Positions 22,411-35,384 of a stretch of DNA of 64,000 bases are shown one piece after another. The notes under the pieces are model-generated. The model was not told the DNA's origin. It saw nothing but the letters and a program-made list of their open reading frames with translations, and did no database searches. The translations under genes were made by a program, and so were the position numbers. Location of the stretch: positions 496,001 to 560,000 of the forward strand of contig OZ251254.1 in NCBI GenBank assembly GCA_965240325.2, written 5' to 3'. Each line of letters starts with the position of its first letter. The stretch's first letter is position 1. Source of the stretch: Rebecca billardiae RCC1528. Its lineage: Eukaryota; Protista; Haptophyta.

Positions 22411-22732
22411 CTAGAGACCTATTAACGAAGTACGAATGATTCGAGACCGACGCACCCGCTCACGATCGAAGGAGCGGGTCCGCCCGACGTTGGGCCAATA
22501 ATCAGGCTGCCAATTGCGGCCACTCCATCGATGGGAGAAGATGAATAGGAAGTTGAGCATGGTGCGAACGCGACGGTTTCATTCGTTTCATGCAAAAGCG
22601 CCTATCTAGCGCGGCTAACTGCGGTATGTCGTTTCGTCGTCGAGTTGCGAACTGTGCCAGGGGCCCAGGGCGACGAACACGTTCGGGCGCTGCATAAGAG
22701 CAGCCGCTGCTGACCAGCGGTGTGCGCTGGAC

Positions 22733-25700
22733 ATGACGACGGGCCTGCACCCGCCGCCGGGCGCGAGCCGGCCGAGCAGCGTGCCCACCCCGGGCCCCCG
22801 CACCGCCAGCCGCCTCTCCTCCCGCCCATCCTCCCGCCGCACCACCGCCTCGCCGCACGGCCGCCGCTCGCCGCGCCAGCGCCGCCACCTCGGCGTGTAC
22901 GCGACGGAGGGGAACCGATTCGCCGTCGAGCGCTCCGAGCTGGCGCCGCACCGCTTCGACGCGCACCTGCCCATGTTGAGCGAGGCCCTCGTGACCAAGC
23001 GCGACCCCGGCCTTCGCCCCACCATCTCGCCGCGCCGCCGGCCGCACTCGCCGCCGCTGGACGGCGGGCAGCTGCCGGCGGCTGACTGGGTGTGGGGTGT
23101 GTCCCCCGAGGCTCTGCACGCGCCCTCCCCGCCGCCGGCGGGCGAGCACGGCGCGGCGGAGTACGACATGTCCGAGCGCGAGCGCGTCGGCGCCCTCCCC
23201 GGCGAGTACCTGGACCCGGACGATCTCGAGATTGCAATCTCGAGGGAGCCGCGCACCGCTCGGAGCGCGAGCGCGGCGGGTGCGCTGCAGCTGAGCAGCT
23301 CGCTGGGGAGCAGCGTGGGCGGCGTTGGGCTGGGGGGCCGCTCGGGGAGCCTCGGCGGCGCCGAGGACGCCCCCGCGCCGGGCCGGCCCGGGAGCGCCTC
23401 CTCCGCCGAGCACACGCCGCGGCAGCCGCACGCGACGTTGCGCCCGGCGGCGGCGCGCGCGGCGCACGCGCAGCGTAAGCAGCGGCCGTCGGGCTCGTCG
23501 ACGCAGGCGCGGGCGCTGACGGTGGGCGAGGCGATCTTGGTGGCGCGGATGCTGCACGAGACGACCAGCTTCGCGACGTGCTCCGAGGAGATGCTCCGCG
23601 CCGTCGCCAAGGCGTCCTCCGTGCGCGTTCTCGGAAAGTACCGGGTGCTCTACCACGGTGCGCGCCCTTTTAATTCTTTTCGGCTGCTTTCTGCTTTCTT
23701 TCTTCTTGTTCATGGATGTGCTGAGTGTGCATGTGCTTGCTGCGGGTGGCGTTTTGGGGATGGTCTGTCTTTTCTGTTTGACCACGTGCTGCGTGGGCTG
23801 CTGGGAGGGTGGGCTGCGCCGGGTGCTGGCTGCGCGGCGGGAGGCGGGAGGCGGCCATAGCAGCAGCAGCGGCGGCCTTCGTGCGCTGCAGACGCGAACG
23901 CGCGGCGGCGGGGTGCAACGCGCGTGCCTCGGCCCAGCCAGCGGGGGGCCGGAACAGGTGCGTTGGGCGCGCGGTGGGCGCCCGCCTCACCACCGCGCCC
24001 CCTTCCCGCCGCCCTCCCCGCCGTCACAACCGCCGTCACAACCGCCGTCACAACCGCCGTCACAACCGCCGTTACAACCGCCGTTACGGCCGCGGGTGTG
24101 GAGCAGAGGGCAACCCGCTGTCTTCGTGTGTGTACCTCGTTCTGAGGGGGGCACTCAGGGTGGAGATGGCGGACTTTCAGATGACGAAGAAGGAGGCGCG
24201 CGAGCGCGCGGCGCAGCAGGGGCTGGCGGAGGCGGCGGCGCACGACGAGGTGCGCCGCGACGCGTGCGCCGGCGCGCGGCGCGCGCGCGCGCGCGCGCGC
24301 GCGCGCCCTCGCACGCAACGCGCGCCCTGGCGGTGGCGCGCCCCATGCGGATTCGGCCAGTCGGCAGTGCACCCAGCGTCCGCGATGCGCCGTGTGCTCT
24401 GACCGCGGTGCTCCGTGCTCGGCTGCTGGCCGGTACCACGTGTGCCGGTCTGTGCGCTCCGCGTGCGTTCGCGTGGGCGTGCGCGTACGCGTGTGCGCGC
24501 GCGTGTGCGCGCGTGTGCGTGCGCGGCGGCACGTGCGCAGATGATGCTTGCTGCACTGACCGAGCAGCGGCTCGGCAAGCCCGGCGGCGGCGGCGGCAGC
24601 GACAGCGGCAGCGTGAGCGGCAGCGTGAGCAGCAGCCGCGCCGGCAGCCGAGCCAGCAGCGCCGCACTCCGCCGCCCGGCTCTCTCGTCCGCGACTCCCC
24701 GACGCGCCTCTGCCACCGGCCGCGTCGGGAGCGCAGGCAGCGGCGGCGGCGGCGGCAGCCCGGAGCGGCTGGCGCGCCGCGGCTCGCGGGGCGCGCTCGG
24801 CCGCGGCCGCTCCTTCTCCGGCTCGGGCGGCACTGCGAACGGGCTGCGCCGCGCGGCGGACGGCAGCGCGCCGCCGCAGGCGGCGGCCATTGCTGCCCTG
24901 GACAGGGCGGTCAGCGCGCTGCATGATCGTCTCGGGGCGGACTCGGCGCTGGAGGCGCCGCCGGGCGGCGGCGGTGACGGCGGCGGCGGTGCGGCGGATG
25001 GGCGGCGGCGCACGCTCGCCGCGTCCGTGCCGGACGCAATGCGCATGCTCACGCGCGAGCTTGCACCCTTGCCGCGCGCGCGCGGCTCGCGCCACCACCA
25101 CCGCGGCCCTCCGCACTCAGCGCCGCACGGCCATATCGCCGCGCCGCGCCGCACCCCAGGGAACCTGGTTGGCGAGGAGGCGGCGCTGGGGTACCCGCGG
25201 CTGGCGACGGTGCTCGCGGCGGAGGACGGCGCGGACGGCGGGTGCGAGGTGGTCGCCATCCCCACCTCCGCCATCCCGCCGCCCGCGCTCCGCACCATCC
25301 GGCTGCGCGTGAACACCTACCTGTTGCAGACGACGTGGCTGCTACGGACCCTGTCTACGTGGCGGCTGGCGATGCTGGCGGAGCACATGCAGCTGGTGCG
25401 CGTCGCGCCGAACGAGACGGTGTGCGAGCGCGGGCAGGCGGTCGAGCGCTTCTCCCTCCTCATCCGCGGCCACCTCATCGGCCACGGCCACCTGGCCCCG
25501 CTCGACTGGCCCGGCGCGGACGTCGTCGCTGCCGCCGCTGAGGCGGAGGTGCAGCCACAGCAGCAGCACACGGCGCGCGCGCGCAGCGGCAGCGGGGCGT
25601 ACTCGCTCGGAGGCGGCAGCGCCGGCGGCGGCGGCGGTGGCTCTGTGGGCTCGACGACGGGCAGCGTCGACCAGCAGCTCAGCGGGATGAGCGAGCACGG

Positions 25701-26413
25701 CTCCTTCTCGAGCACCTTGACGGGCGGCGGCAGCTTTGGGGCTGGGGCACGCGGCGGCGCTCGGCAGCGGCCTTCGCTTAGTCTCTCGCCAGGGCCAAAC
25801 CTGATGGCCGTGGTGCAGGCGGCGCGCGCGGCGGCCGCGGCGGCCTCGGCCTCGCCCTCGCAGTCGCTGGCGCCGCAGCCCACGCCGCCGCTCGCGCAGC
25901 CGCTGCTCCTGCCCGCGGCGATGGTCGCCACTCTGCCTGGCGGCGGCGGCGGCGGCGGCGGCGGCGGGTTGCAACGGCCGCGCTCGCTTGCAGATGCCGC
26001 GGGGCCGCAGCCGACGCCGCCGCTGCCGCCGGGGCATCCGCACGCGCTTCCGCCCGCTCTCGTCCCGCCTCCCGCCGAGGGGCGCGCGGCGGCGGCGGCG
26101 GCGGCGGCGGCGGGGCTGTCGCCGCCGCGCTCGCCGGCCCTGAGTGCGAGCGGCGGTGCGCACGCAACGCCCGCGGCCGGCGCGGCAGCCGACGCGGCCG
26201 CGCAGCTACTGACCCCCGCGCTGGACAGTTTGCTGAAACTTCCGGACGACCCGGGCTTCGGGCAGAACCCGCTCGCGGCGGGCGCGGGCCCGCTGCCGCC
26301 GCCGCTCATCTCGCCCGCGGTGTCGGACGCGCCGCGCCACGGGCAGTGGGGCATCACGACGCCGCGCACCGACGAGCCGCCTTCCGAGCATCCGACGGCG
26401 CGGGGCGTCGGGT

Positions 26414-26447
<34 letters not shown>

Positions 26448-27584
26448 CGGCGGCGGCGGCGCGGGCCGCGCTGGGTCGAGTACGCCGGATGGCGGCGTGA
26501 GCCAATGCTCCTCGCTCTCGTCGACGATGCCGACGATGGGCTCGGCGGGCCGGGGCCTCTCCCCGCCGGCGGCGCAGCTCGCGCAGCGCCGCATCTCCTA
26601 CGTCGGCGCCAGCCCCGCCACTTCCTCCTGCGCCTCCGCGCAGCTGTCCGGCGGCGCGCGCCGCAAGTCGGCGGGGAGCGCGCTCGGCGGCGCCGGCGGC
26701 GCGGCCCCGACGGGCGCGCGGCGGAACACGCTGGGGCGCGCGTCGCTGAGCAAGCCGCCGACCTTCGCGATCGACGCGGACGACGAGCCCGAGGCGCTCG
26801 AGGCCACCGTCGGCGCGGGCGAGCAGATGGCCTTTGCCGGCGACGAGGCGGCAGCGGTGGTGCGTGCGCGCCGCCGCCGCCGCCGCGCGCCGCGCCGCCC
26901 GCGCCGGCGCGCGCGCCGCCGCGCGCGCGTGCCGGCTGCGCCCGCGCGCGCGTGCGCGGCTGGGCGTGCGCGAGCGCGAGCGCGAGCGTCCCCCACCGCG
27001 CTCCCCGCCCCGCTCCGTGCCCCCCCACCCCGCCGCCCGCCCGGTCGGCCGGCCAGGTGGATTCATCGTCACCGTGCTTCACTGGTGTGCGCACCGGCGC
27101 CGCGGCCGGTCGGATCCCGGAGCCTCCGCGGCACGCGGAGACGTGGCGCGCGCTGGAGCACGCGTGGCTGCTCGTGCTGCCGCGCCGGTACTTCGAGCTC
27201 TTCTTCACCGCGCTGCCGGAGATCTCGCGCCGCTGCGCGGAGGCGCGGCGGCTGCTTTGGCACCGCTCACGCACGCTGCTGAGCGTGAAGCGCGAGAAGC
27301 AAATGACGCAGCGGATGTCGTGGTACTCGCAGTCGCAGGACAACGCGTGGGCGAAGCTGCAGCGCAAGTCGCGCGAGGTGCTGCACGGGCGCGATCGGAA
27401 GGGCACGCTCGCCGGCGTCTCTGTCCTCGCCGAGCGGCTGCAGGCGCAGCAGTTCAACTCGGCGAGCAGCGCAGCCGTCACGCCGAGCGCGACGCCGCGG
27501 CTGCCGCCGAGCGCCGGCCGCACAAGCTTCGGCGCGGTGGAGGGCAGCGGCGCGGGCGGCCTGCTCGCCCTGCCGCACTACTGA
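22733..27584 (+). CDS. Large protein with two split cyclic-nucleotide-binding domains. Exons about 22733-23657, 24107-24249, 24541-26859, 27057-27584
   Basis: LHETTSFATCSEEML..YRVLYH|EGNP..VYLVLRGAL ... GNLVGEEAALGYPRLATVLA; LLQTTWLLRTL..NETVCERGQAVERFSLLIRG ... RHAETWRALEHAWLLVLPRRYF. Phase-compatible GT-AG introns. Confidence 0.75.
24021..24087 (+). repeat. 12-bp tandem repeat (CCGTCACAACCG, about 5.5 copies) near an intron 3' end
   Basis: ccgtcacaaccg ccgtcacaaccg ccgtcacaaccg ccgtcacaaccg ccgttacaaccg ccgttac. Confidence 0.85.
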
Positions 27585-27823
27585 GCGCGCGCCACAGCCA
27601 TGTACAAGTAGCCGGTTCGGCGGGCGGCCGCCATCGTTGTGATCGTAATTGCCGGCCCAAGGGAGGTCCCTTGGCCGGCCCGTTGCCGACTGTCTTGCCC
27701 CGCCAATTTTCAGTTTTGCACGGATCAGCAGCCGGAAAAGCAGCTGGCAGGGACAAAAGAAATGTGACGCCCTGATGTGACGCTCGTTCTGTTGGAAGGA
27801 TGGTGGACGGCTGACGCGCGCAC

Positions 27824-30800
27824 ATGCCGCTCTGCGGGGGTCGGAGCAGCGCGGTGGTCGAGCCCGGAGAGAGCGCCGGCGCCGCGGCGGAGCTGCGCGC
27901 ACAGCTGGCCGTCGAGCGCGACCGCGCCGCCGCGCTCGAGGCGCGCCTCGCCGCCTCCGAGTCCGCAGCCGCCGCGTCGACCGAGCGACAAGCTGCGCTG
28001 GAGCGCGAGCTCGAGCGATCGCTCGCCGCGGCGCAGGAGGCCCGTCGCGAGGTGGAGAGCGAGCGCGCGCGGGTGGACAAGCTCGTCGTGGCTCTGTCGA
28101 ACGGCCGCGCCGTCGCCGACGCGGCGCACGCCGCGCAGCCCACGGCCGCGGCCGTGGCGCCACGCGAGGCGGCCGCGGCCGTGGCGCGTGGCGGCGCGTC
28201 TGCCGTGACGCCGGTGGAGCCGACGGCGGTGCGCGGGACTGTGCGCGTGGAGGGCGACGTGGTGATCGAGGACCTCGCCGCCACCGACGAGCCCGCCCTC
28301 GACTGGCGCCGCCAGCGCATGGGCGCAGACGCCCTGGACGGTGGCGGCGGCAACACGGCAGCTCAGCGCGCCGCGGCCGCGCCGGCGTCGGCGGCCGCGT
28401 CGCTCGGGACAGAGGGCTCCGTCGGCGCCGTGGCGGCCGCGGCGTCCGCCGCGGTGGAGCACGCCGACGCGACGCCCAGCGCGCCGAGGGAGCGCGCGGG
28501 GGAGGATTGGGCGGCGGCGGAGGCACCGGTGCCGCCGCCGACTGCGGCGCCGCAGCCGCCAACGGCAGCCATGCTGACGGCAGCCATGCTGACACCAGCT
28601 TCGGATGCGCGCGCCGCGGCTGCGCTCTCGGCGGAGGCGGCCGCCGGGGGGGCGGCCGGGGCCGGTGGTGCGCCGCCGCGTGGTGGCGTGGCCATCGGGG
28701 CCGAGCCCGTGGCGCCTCCAGCGCCGGCCGGCGCCACGGCCGGCGCCGCCGATGCGGCGGCAGATTCTGAGGCGGTGGCGGAGGCGGCGGCCACCGCAGG
28801 CGAAGGCCGCGGCGGTCCGGCGCTCGGCGCTGGGCGCGGGGGCGAGGGCGGCGACGGTGCCGATCCGGCCGATGCGACGGCGGCTCCCGGGTTGTCACGC
28901 ACCGCGCCGCACGCGCCCGCGGCGGCGGAGGCTGCAGACGCCCCGTCAGCCGAGCACGGCCCGGGCGGTGCGGCGCCATCCGCGCGCCCGCCGCCGCCGC
29001 CGCCGCCGCCGGGCGCGCCGCGCGCCGCCGCTCGACCCGTGCCGCCTGACACGCCCGGCGGCGGCGCCGCGGCGGCGGGCGCGGGCGAAACGGGCACGGC
29101 GGGCACGGCAGTCCCCACGGGCGCCGACGGCGGCGCCGCCCTCGACGCGGACGACGAGGAGTCCCAGATGCTTGCAGCCCTCGCCGCGGTGGTTGCGAGC
29201 GCCGCGCCGCGCGCCGCGCCCGCCCCGACCGCCGCTGCGGCAGTGGAGCTCTCGGCGGCCGCCGCGCCGGCGCTGCCGCAGCCGCGCGCGCGCGGCGCGG
29301 CCGACGCGGTCGAGGGCGAGTGGGCGCACATCTCGCACCGGGCCGCCGAGCTCGCGGAGCAGCTGCGCTTCGGCGGTCCGGGCGGGCGCGCGCCGCCGGC
29401 CGGCCCGGACTTTTCAGCCGCTCCGTTCCCGGAGCTTTTCGACGGCCTCCCGCCGGGCCGGCCGCTGCGTTTCGTCATCGCGCATGCGGAGGAGCGGGCC
29501 ATCAGCCTGCGGCAGCTGCGGTGCGCGCGCCGCGCCGCGCGCCGCACGCCCCGCGGCCGGCCCACCGCGCCGCACGGCGGCAGGCGGCGCGCGGGCGCGG
29601 TGCCGCGGTGGGCGCGGTGCCGCGGTGGGCGCGGTGCCGCAGTGGGCGCGGTGCCGCAGTGGGCGCGCTGCGTCGGTTGGCAGCACCTGCCGCTCTCGCG
29701 AGTCCGGGCGGCGATGCGCGCGCGACGCAGCCCGCCCGTCCCGCGCCGCGCCGCGCGCCCGCGGTGCCTCACCCCGGCCGCCCCCTCCCGTCGCCCTGTG
29801 CTCCCTGCTCCTAATGATTGGCACTCGATCTCCATTCTGAATATTCGCTTAATTCATGGGCGGTGCTCTGGTTGCGGCGGCGGCGGTGTGCGCGCGTGTG
29901 CTGCGCGCTGGCTGACTGGCAGGCACCTGGTCTACGTGGCGTCGGCGCGGTGCGAGGCGGAGGGCTGGACGTCCACGGCGCCGGGGCAGCCGCGCACGCG
30001 GCTGCGGCACGAGAGCTTCACAATGTACGATTTAATGCATTATTTTATCCTCCCGGCGACGGTGGCGCACGGCTGCTCTGTGGTGGAGCTGCTTGCGACG
30101 GCGCCGCAGCGGCCGGACTGGGTGGTGAGCCATGCGTGGGGCGGGCGCGTGTCCGAGCTGCTCGGCTGCCTCGCGCAGCACGCGCGGGACCGAGGCCTGG
30201 ACGAGGAGAGCACCGCCTACTGGGTGCGCGCGCGCCCCTCGAAGGATTCGAACGGAGCGAATGCGCATGCATGCTGAGGCGCGCGCGCGCCGCACCAACG
30301 CGTGGGCCGCGCGCTCGCTCGACCGGAATGAATGCGCATGCCGCGGCGGGCGCGCGGCGCGTGTGCCGCGCGCGCGTGGCGGCGCCGTGGCGTGTGCGCG
30401 CCGCGCGCCTCGCGCCGCCGCGCGCACGCCGCCCGCGTGCCCACACCCCCGACGCCTCCCCCCGCCCGCGGCGCCGCGCGCGCGCCCGCCCGCGCGCGCG
30501 CCCGCCCGCGCGCGCGCCCGCCCGCGCGCGCGCTCGCCGCAGCTGTGCGCGACAGGGGCGAACCAACAGGAGCTGGAGCTGGGGCTGGGGGCGACGCCCA
30601 CCGCCGGCAGCGCGTTCATGGCGGCGATGCGCGGCGCGGCGGGGACCGTGTCGGTGCTCGACGCCGACGGGCTCGCCCTCGGCCGGCAGTGGTGCGCCTT
30701 CGAGGCTTATGCTGCCCTGACTGAGTTGCTGCCATCGCGAGCGGGCGGCGGCGGCGCCGCGGGCGGCGCGGCCGGTGGCGGCGCGGCCGGGGGCGGCGAC

Positions 30801-32535
30801 GGCGGCGGCGGGAGCCGACGAGGGTCGCTCGCGGGTGCCGAGCCCGAGGGCGCGGACGGGCTCGAGCCGCGACACCACCTGCACGACGTGTACGCGCCGC
30901 TCCCGCCGGAGGTGGCGGCGGACATCGTCAGGCGCTCGCGCGCGCCCTCGGCCGCGCGCGCGCGCGCGCAGGGCGCCGCTGCCGGCGGCGCGGAGCGGTT
31001 GGCGGTGGGCCTGCTCGACGGTGGCGCGGTCGTGCCGGTGCCCGTGCGCCGCGCCCCCTCGTCGCGCAGCGCGGGCGTCTCACGCGCGTACAACGCCGTG
31101 CTCGCGGCCGACGCCGCGCCGCCCACGCACGCAGCCGAGAGCGCAGACACGCGCGCCGCGCGCGAATCGTTTTTTCCGGAGGCGCTCGCACTGCGCGCGC
31201 TGGACGTGCGGTTCGCGGACACGCGTGCGAGCCGGCGGGACGACGAGCGCGACATCTGGCGCGCGGTGGGCGGCGGGCAGGGCGCGCTGCTCGTCGAGGC
31301 GACGCTGGGCGCGCGGCTGTGCGTGCACCGGCTGCCATCGCTGCTGCCGTTCGCGAGCGGGCCGCGCCACGCCGAGCTCGTCCGGACGCTCGCGGCGCTC
31401 CGGACTTCGCAGCTGCGCTCGGTCTACATCGGCCTGCCGGGCGACGAGCACGGCCGCCACCCGACGTCCGGCGGCGCGTCGAGGGGCGCGCTCAGCGTGG
31501 AGCCGCCGCACGCCGGCGCGGTGGACGCGGTGCTCGACGCGCTGCCGCCGAGCCTGACCCGCCTCGAGGTGCACCACTGGACGGAGAAGCAATTTGGGTT
31601 CTCACTGGCCGAGCGGCTGCAGCGCGGCGCGCTGCCAGCGCTCCGCTCGCTCACGCTGCGGTGAGCGCGCGCGCGGTCCGCGCGCGGCGCGCGCATGCGA
31701 CCGTAGTCTCTGCGCGCCCGCTCCGCTCGCGCATCGACAGCCCGTCCCCGCGCACCGCGCGCACCGCACCACCCGCCGCCGCGCGCGCGCGCGCGCGCAT
31801 GCGCGCTCGTGCGCACGCGCCACATCGCAGCGCGTGCGCCGACCTCGTGGACGAGGGCTGGGCGGAGGCGCTCGGCCGCGCGCTGCGGCGGAACCAGGGG
31901 CTGCGCACGCTCGATCTGCGCGCCAACCTGCTCGAGGACTCGCTCGCCATCTGGGTCTCCGCCGCGCTGCGCGAGAACCGAAGCATCACAGCCGTCGACC
32001 TCAGGTGGGGGCCTCGCACCCGCGGGCGCAGCGCGCGCGCGCGCTCGCGATGGGCAAGCGCGCGCTGTCGGGATGCGTGTTGCGGGGGCGGTTGGGGGCA
32101 GGCGCGTGCACGCACGGCGGGGCGTGCGCGCGTGCGCACGACGCAGGCCGATGCGCCTTGAGAGCGGCGGGCAGTGCGCGCACACGCGCCGCAGGATGGG
32201 CCCGCCTCGCCGCCCGCCTGCACAGCCGCGCGCGTGCCGCATGGCTGGGTGGCTCGCCCGCCCGCCGCCGCCCTCTCACCGCCCTCGCCGCACGCCCGCC
32301 CCTCGCCCTCAACCCCCGCGCGCGTGCCATCACACGCCCACGCCGCGCCCGCAGCAACACGGAGATGGGCGACGCGGGCGCGCTCGCGCTCGCAGACGCG
32401 CTCAAGCACAACTCGGTGCTGGCGCGGCTGGCGCTCGGCGAGAACCAGCTCTCGAGGAAGGCGCGCGAGAAGCTCAGGTCCGCGTGGAAGGACTCGGCCG
32501 GGGGCGCGCGTGACCCCGCTTGCCTCACCGTCTGA
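27824..32535 (+). CDS. Coiled-coil + HET-like domain + C-terminal RI-type leucine-rich repeats. Exons 27824-29520, 29923-30223, 30543-31660, 31831-32004, 32355-32535
   Basis: EERAISLRQL..YFILPAT..PDWVVSHAWGG..YW|LCATGANQ..RQWCAFE; LRRs ALRRNQGLRTLDLRANLL, ALRENRSITAVDLS, ALADALKHNSVLARLALGENQL. Confidence 0.78.
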
Positions 32536-32595
32536 TGACGTTATACTGACGACTACGTATACTACGATGTGATGTCAGACGGTACTCGCGGCAGA

Positions 32596-34281
32596 CAGGT
32601 TGCACGGAAAAATGACCGCCCGCGACTGACAGATGTTACATTCCCAGTGGACGCGACCTGTCCACCCGTCTTTCGGTACATGGCGCCGTCGCCGTGCGCT
32701 CGGAAGCGGCGCGCGCTCTCGCGCGCTGCACGATGCCCGCTGTTGCGGGTGCAGCGCGCCACTCCGCGCCTCGATCGGCCTCTTCCTGCTTGAGTAGCAT
32801 GTACCGAAAGTCAACCACCCTTGAGCTCCAATCGCGACATCGCGCAGCCGCGCGGCACGTTCACGTGGTCAGCATCTGAGTCGCAGAGGGCAGCAGAGCA
32901 GGCCGTCTCAGCCTGGAAGAGTTCCAGGCCCGGTGTGAAGAGAGGTAGCAATGCAAGGTGGATACGTGCCATGCACATCGCAGTCTGGCCGCACACGACG
33001 TTCGCAGCCTACGACTCGCGCGTGCGTGCTTGCGCTCGGCCACGTCCATGCATCAGCTGTGCATGCATTGGATGGAGCGCGCGCGCGACTGGTCTTGCAC
33101 ATCACGTTGCGCAGCAACAGTCGCGGGAGGAGACACGCGACACTCATAGAATGCGACAACCTTGCAATGTTCATCCAGCGCGTGTTGGTGAGGGTCGAAA
33201 AGCTGGCGGCGGCTACCTCTCAACCGCTCGGTTGCACTTGATGGTGCATGCGCGCCGGCCGGAGCGCTGAAGTGTCAGAGTCGTGGCATGCTCGAGGCTC
33301 TTGGATGAGGAGACGGCCGCTACGCAGTCTATCTATGTCGTCAGCATGAAGAACGGCATCCACGCACGACGCCTCGCGAACGCACACGTGCTTCCGCGCT
33401 GTGACACGCATCGACAAGAACTGCTCGGCAGGCTGACGAGGCACCACGCCTCACTCACGCCCAAGAACAGCAGGGCGAGTGCTAAGGAGCGGGCGAAGGA
33501 AGCTGTCACTCGCTGCGGCAAGGACGCTCTTACTGTACGAATGGTCAGTGAGCCCTACATAGCCTTCTTTGTCTCGCGTGAGCGCAGCACCAAGGGTGAG
33601 GCGCGAGGTGTTGCGCAGACGGTCGCACAGGCTCACGTAGACAGCTCGATGGTGATCATCGAAAGCTTCTATCGAGTGTTCAGATGCAGAGCGCGTGCGT
33701 ACACCGAGCAGGAGCTGACGACCTACATGCTATCATGCCACGCGTGGATCTCCCCGCCGGCCCACAAGTCGCTGACGACTTACTGTCGAACTCGAATGCT
33801 CGCGCGCGGCACTGCTGGCGAAGGCTGCACTCGTCGACGAGCTCGGTCCGATCATGACGGTTTGCCATACTGCGCGTGGTGACGGGCGTTGGCGGGCTCG
33901 AGGCGGATGGCGCGGGCGGTGTGAAGCAGATAGAGCCGGGCGTGTGCACTCGCTCCGAGACGCGTCGAAGGGAGGACTGTCTCCAGCTGCCTGATGATCC
34001 TGGTCGAGAGGGTGATGCTGCTGTGGCTTTGCCGTCTCATCACGCGACGTGTGCTGGGATGATGACAGTCACTGCCGACGGCGAGGGTGTCCCGGCTGTG
34101 CTAGCTCAAGGGATGTAGCGCACGCGGACAAGTCCTGACGACACGCGCATTCAGCTAGTCATCATGCGGGGCTGCATCGACACGCGAGGCGCGCGCCACC
34201 CACGAGCGGCGAGTGGGCGGGCGCCATCCTTCAGAGGTCTCTGAGAAATGTAACACCAAGGACAGTTTCCTGTGCAACCTG
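32596..34281. mobile_element. Degenerate hAT-like DNA transposon (about 1.69 kb)
   Basis: TIRs CAGGTTGCACGGAAAAATGACC (32596) and reverse-complement CAGGTTGCACAGGAAACTGTCC (ending 34281); inverted subterminal TGTTACATT at both ends; 8-bp flanks GCGGCAGA/TCGGCAGC (6/8 identical); lower-GC interior with broken ORFs. Confidence 0.72.
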
Positions 34282-35384
34282 TCGGCAGCAGCAGGACTAC
34301 TATCGTCACACGTCGAAGACGGAAGAGTACCGGCGCTGACTGAGTGAGTGAGTGAGTCGGATGACCCGTACCCGTACAGTCACCGCGGCCCGCCGGCCGG
34401 CAGCGTAGCACACGGCAGCGCGCTTTAGTGAGGCGCTTTAATAATTATTACCGTTACGGCGACGACGACCGATGATGATCGACTTATCGTCCGCCGGGAT
34501 GCCCGCGGCCCACGCTGCCACGCACACCCGCGGCGGTCGATCCGAGCCTGACTTGGCTCATCGGCATTATCGGACCGGCCACCGCGCCGGCGGACCCGCC
34601 GGGGCCTGCGCCCGCTGCCGCCTAACTAGTTAACGCCGCGGCGCCCTGGCAGGGCCGCCACGGTGCTCAGCTCATTATCAGCAGTCGTCAGCAGCAGCGC
34701 GCGGCGCGGGCTGGGGCCGCTGGCCCGACGGCGACGGCGTCACGGCGCCAGCTCAAACAGTAGTAGCAGCGTATATAGTCTCGAGACAGTCCACGTCACG
34801 GTCAGTCGTCACGGCCACGGGCCGCGCGGCCCGCCGTCGACCGCTCGCCGTATGGCGCGGCTCTGACCGCGGATTGAGCGACGCGACCGTACTATACCGC
34901 CGTGCTACGCGGCGCGACGACTGGCCTGCTACTGTACACTTCACAGCGCAGTTATACTCGCATCGATGATTATTACTCGGCGGCCGCGGCAGCCGCGGCA
35001 ACAGTGCCGGCCGAGTCGCCGCGCCCGCCTTGACTGGCCGTCCGAATCGGCACGGCTGCGGCGCTGCGCTGACACAGGCAGGGGCAGCCGTAGTCAGCGC
35101 AATCATCGCGTCACGCGGCGTCCGCGATCAGAGTCGTTGCGGCGCCAGCAGGTGTGGCACCTTCGCCGCGGAGCCGGGGCACTACACGGAGTCGCCGGAG
35201 TTCGGGCGTGGCCGCGGCCTCACCGAGCAGCAGGGTGCAGCGGGCGGTGCCCGGCGAAATCACTCGCCGACACGCTCGCGCGCACGCGCCCGCTCCATGC
35301 CGACCGGGTGAGTGGGGCGACGACGGCGGGCGGTCGCAGCCCGAGCACGATGCCAGCGAGGACGGCCACTGCCGCGCGCGCGGC

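Noticed and set aside
24021-24087. CRISPR-like array
   Set aside because: Head-to-tail 12-mers without spacers, in a eukaryotic intron, with no cas genes
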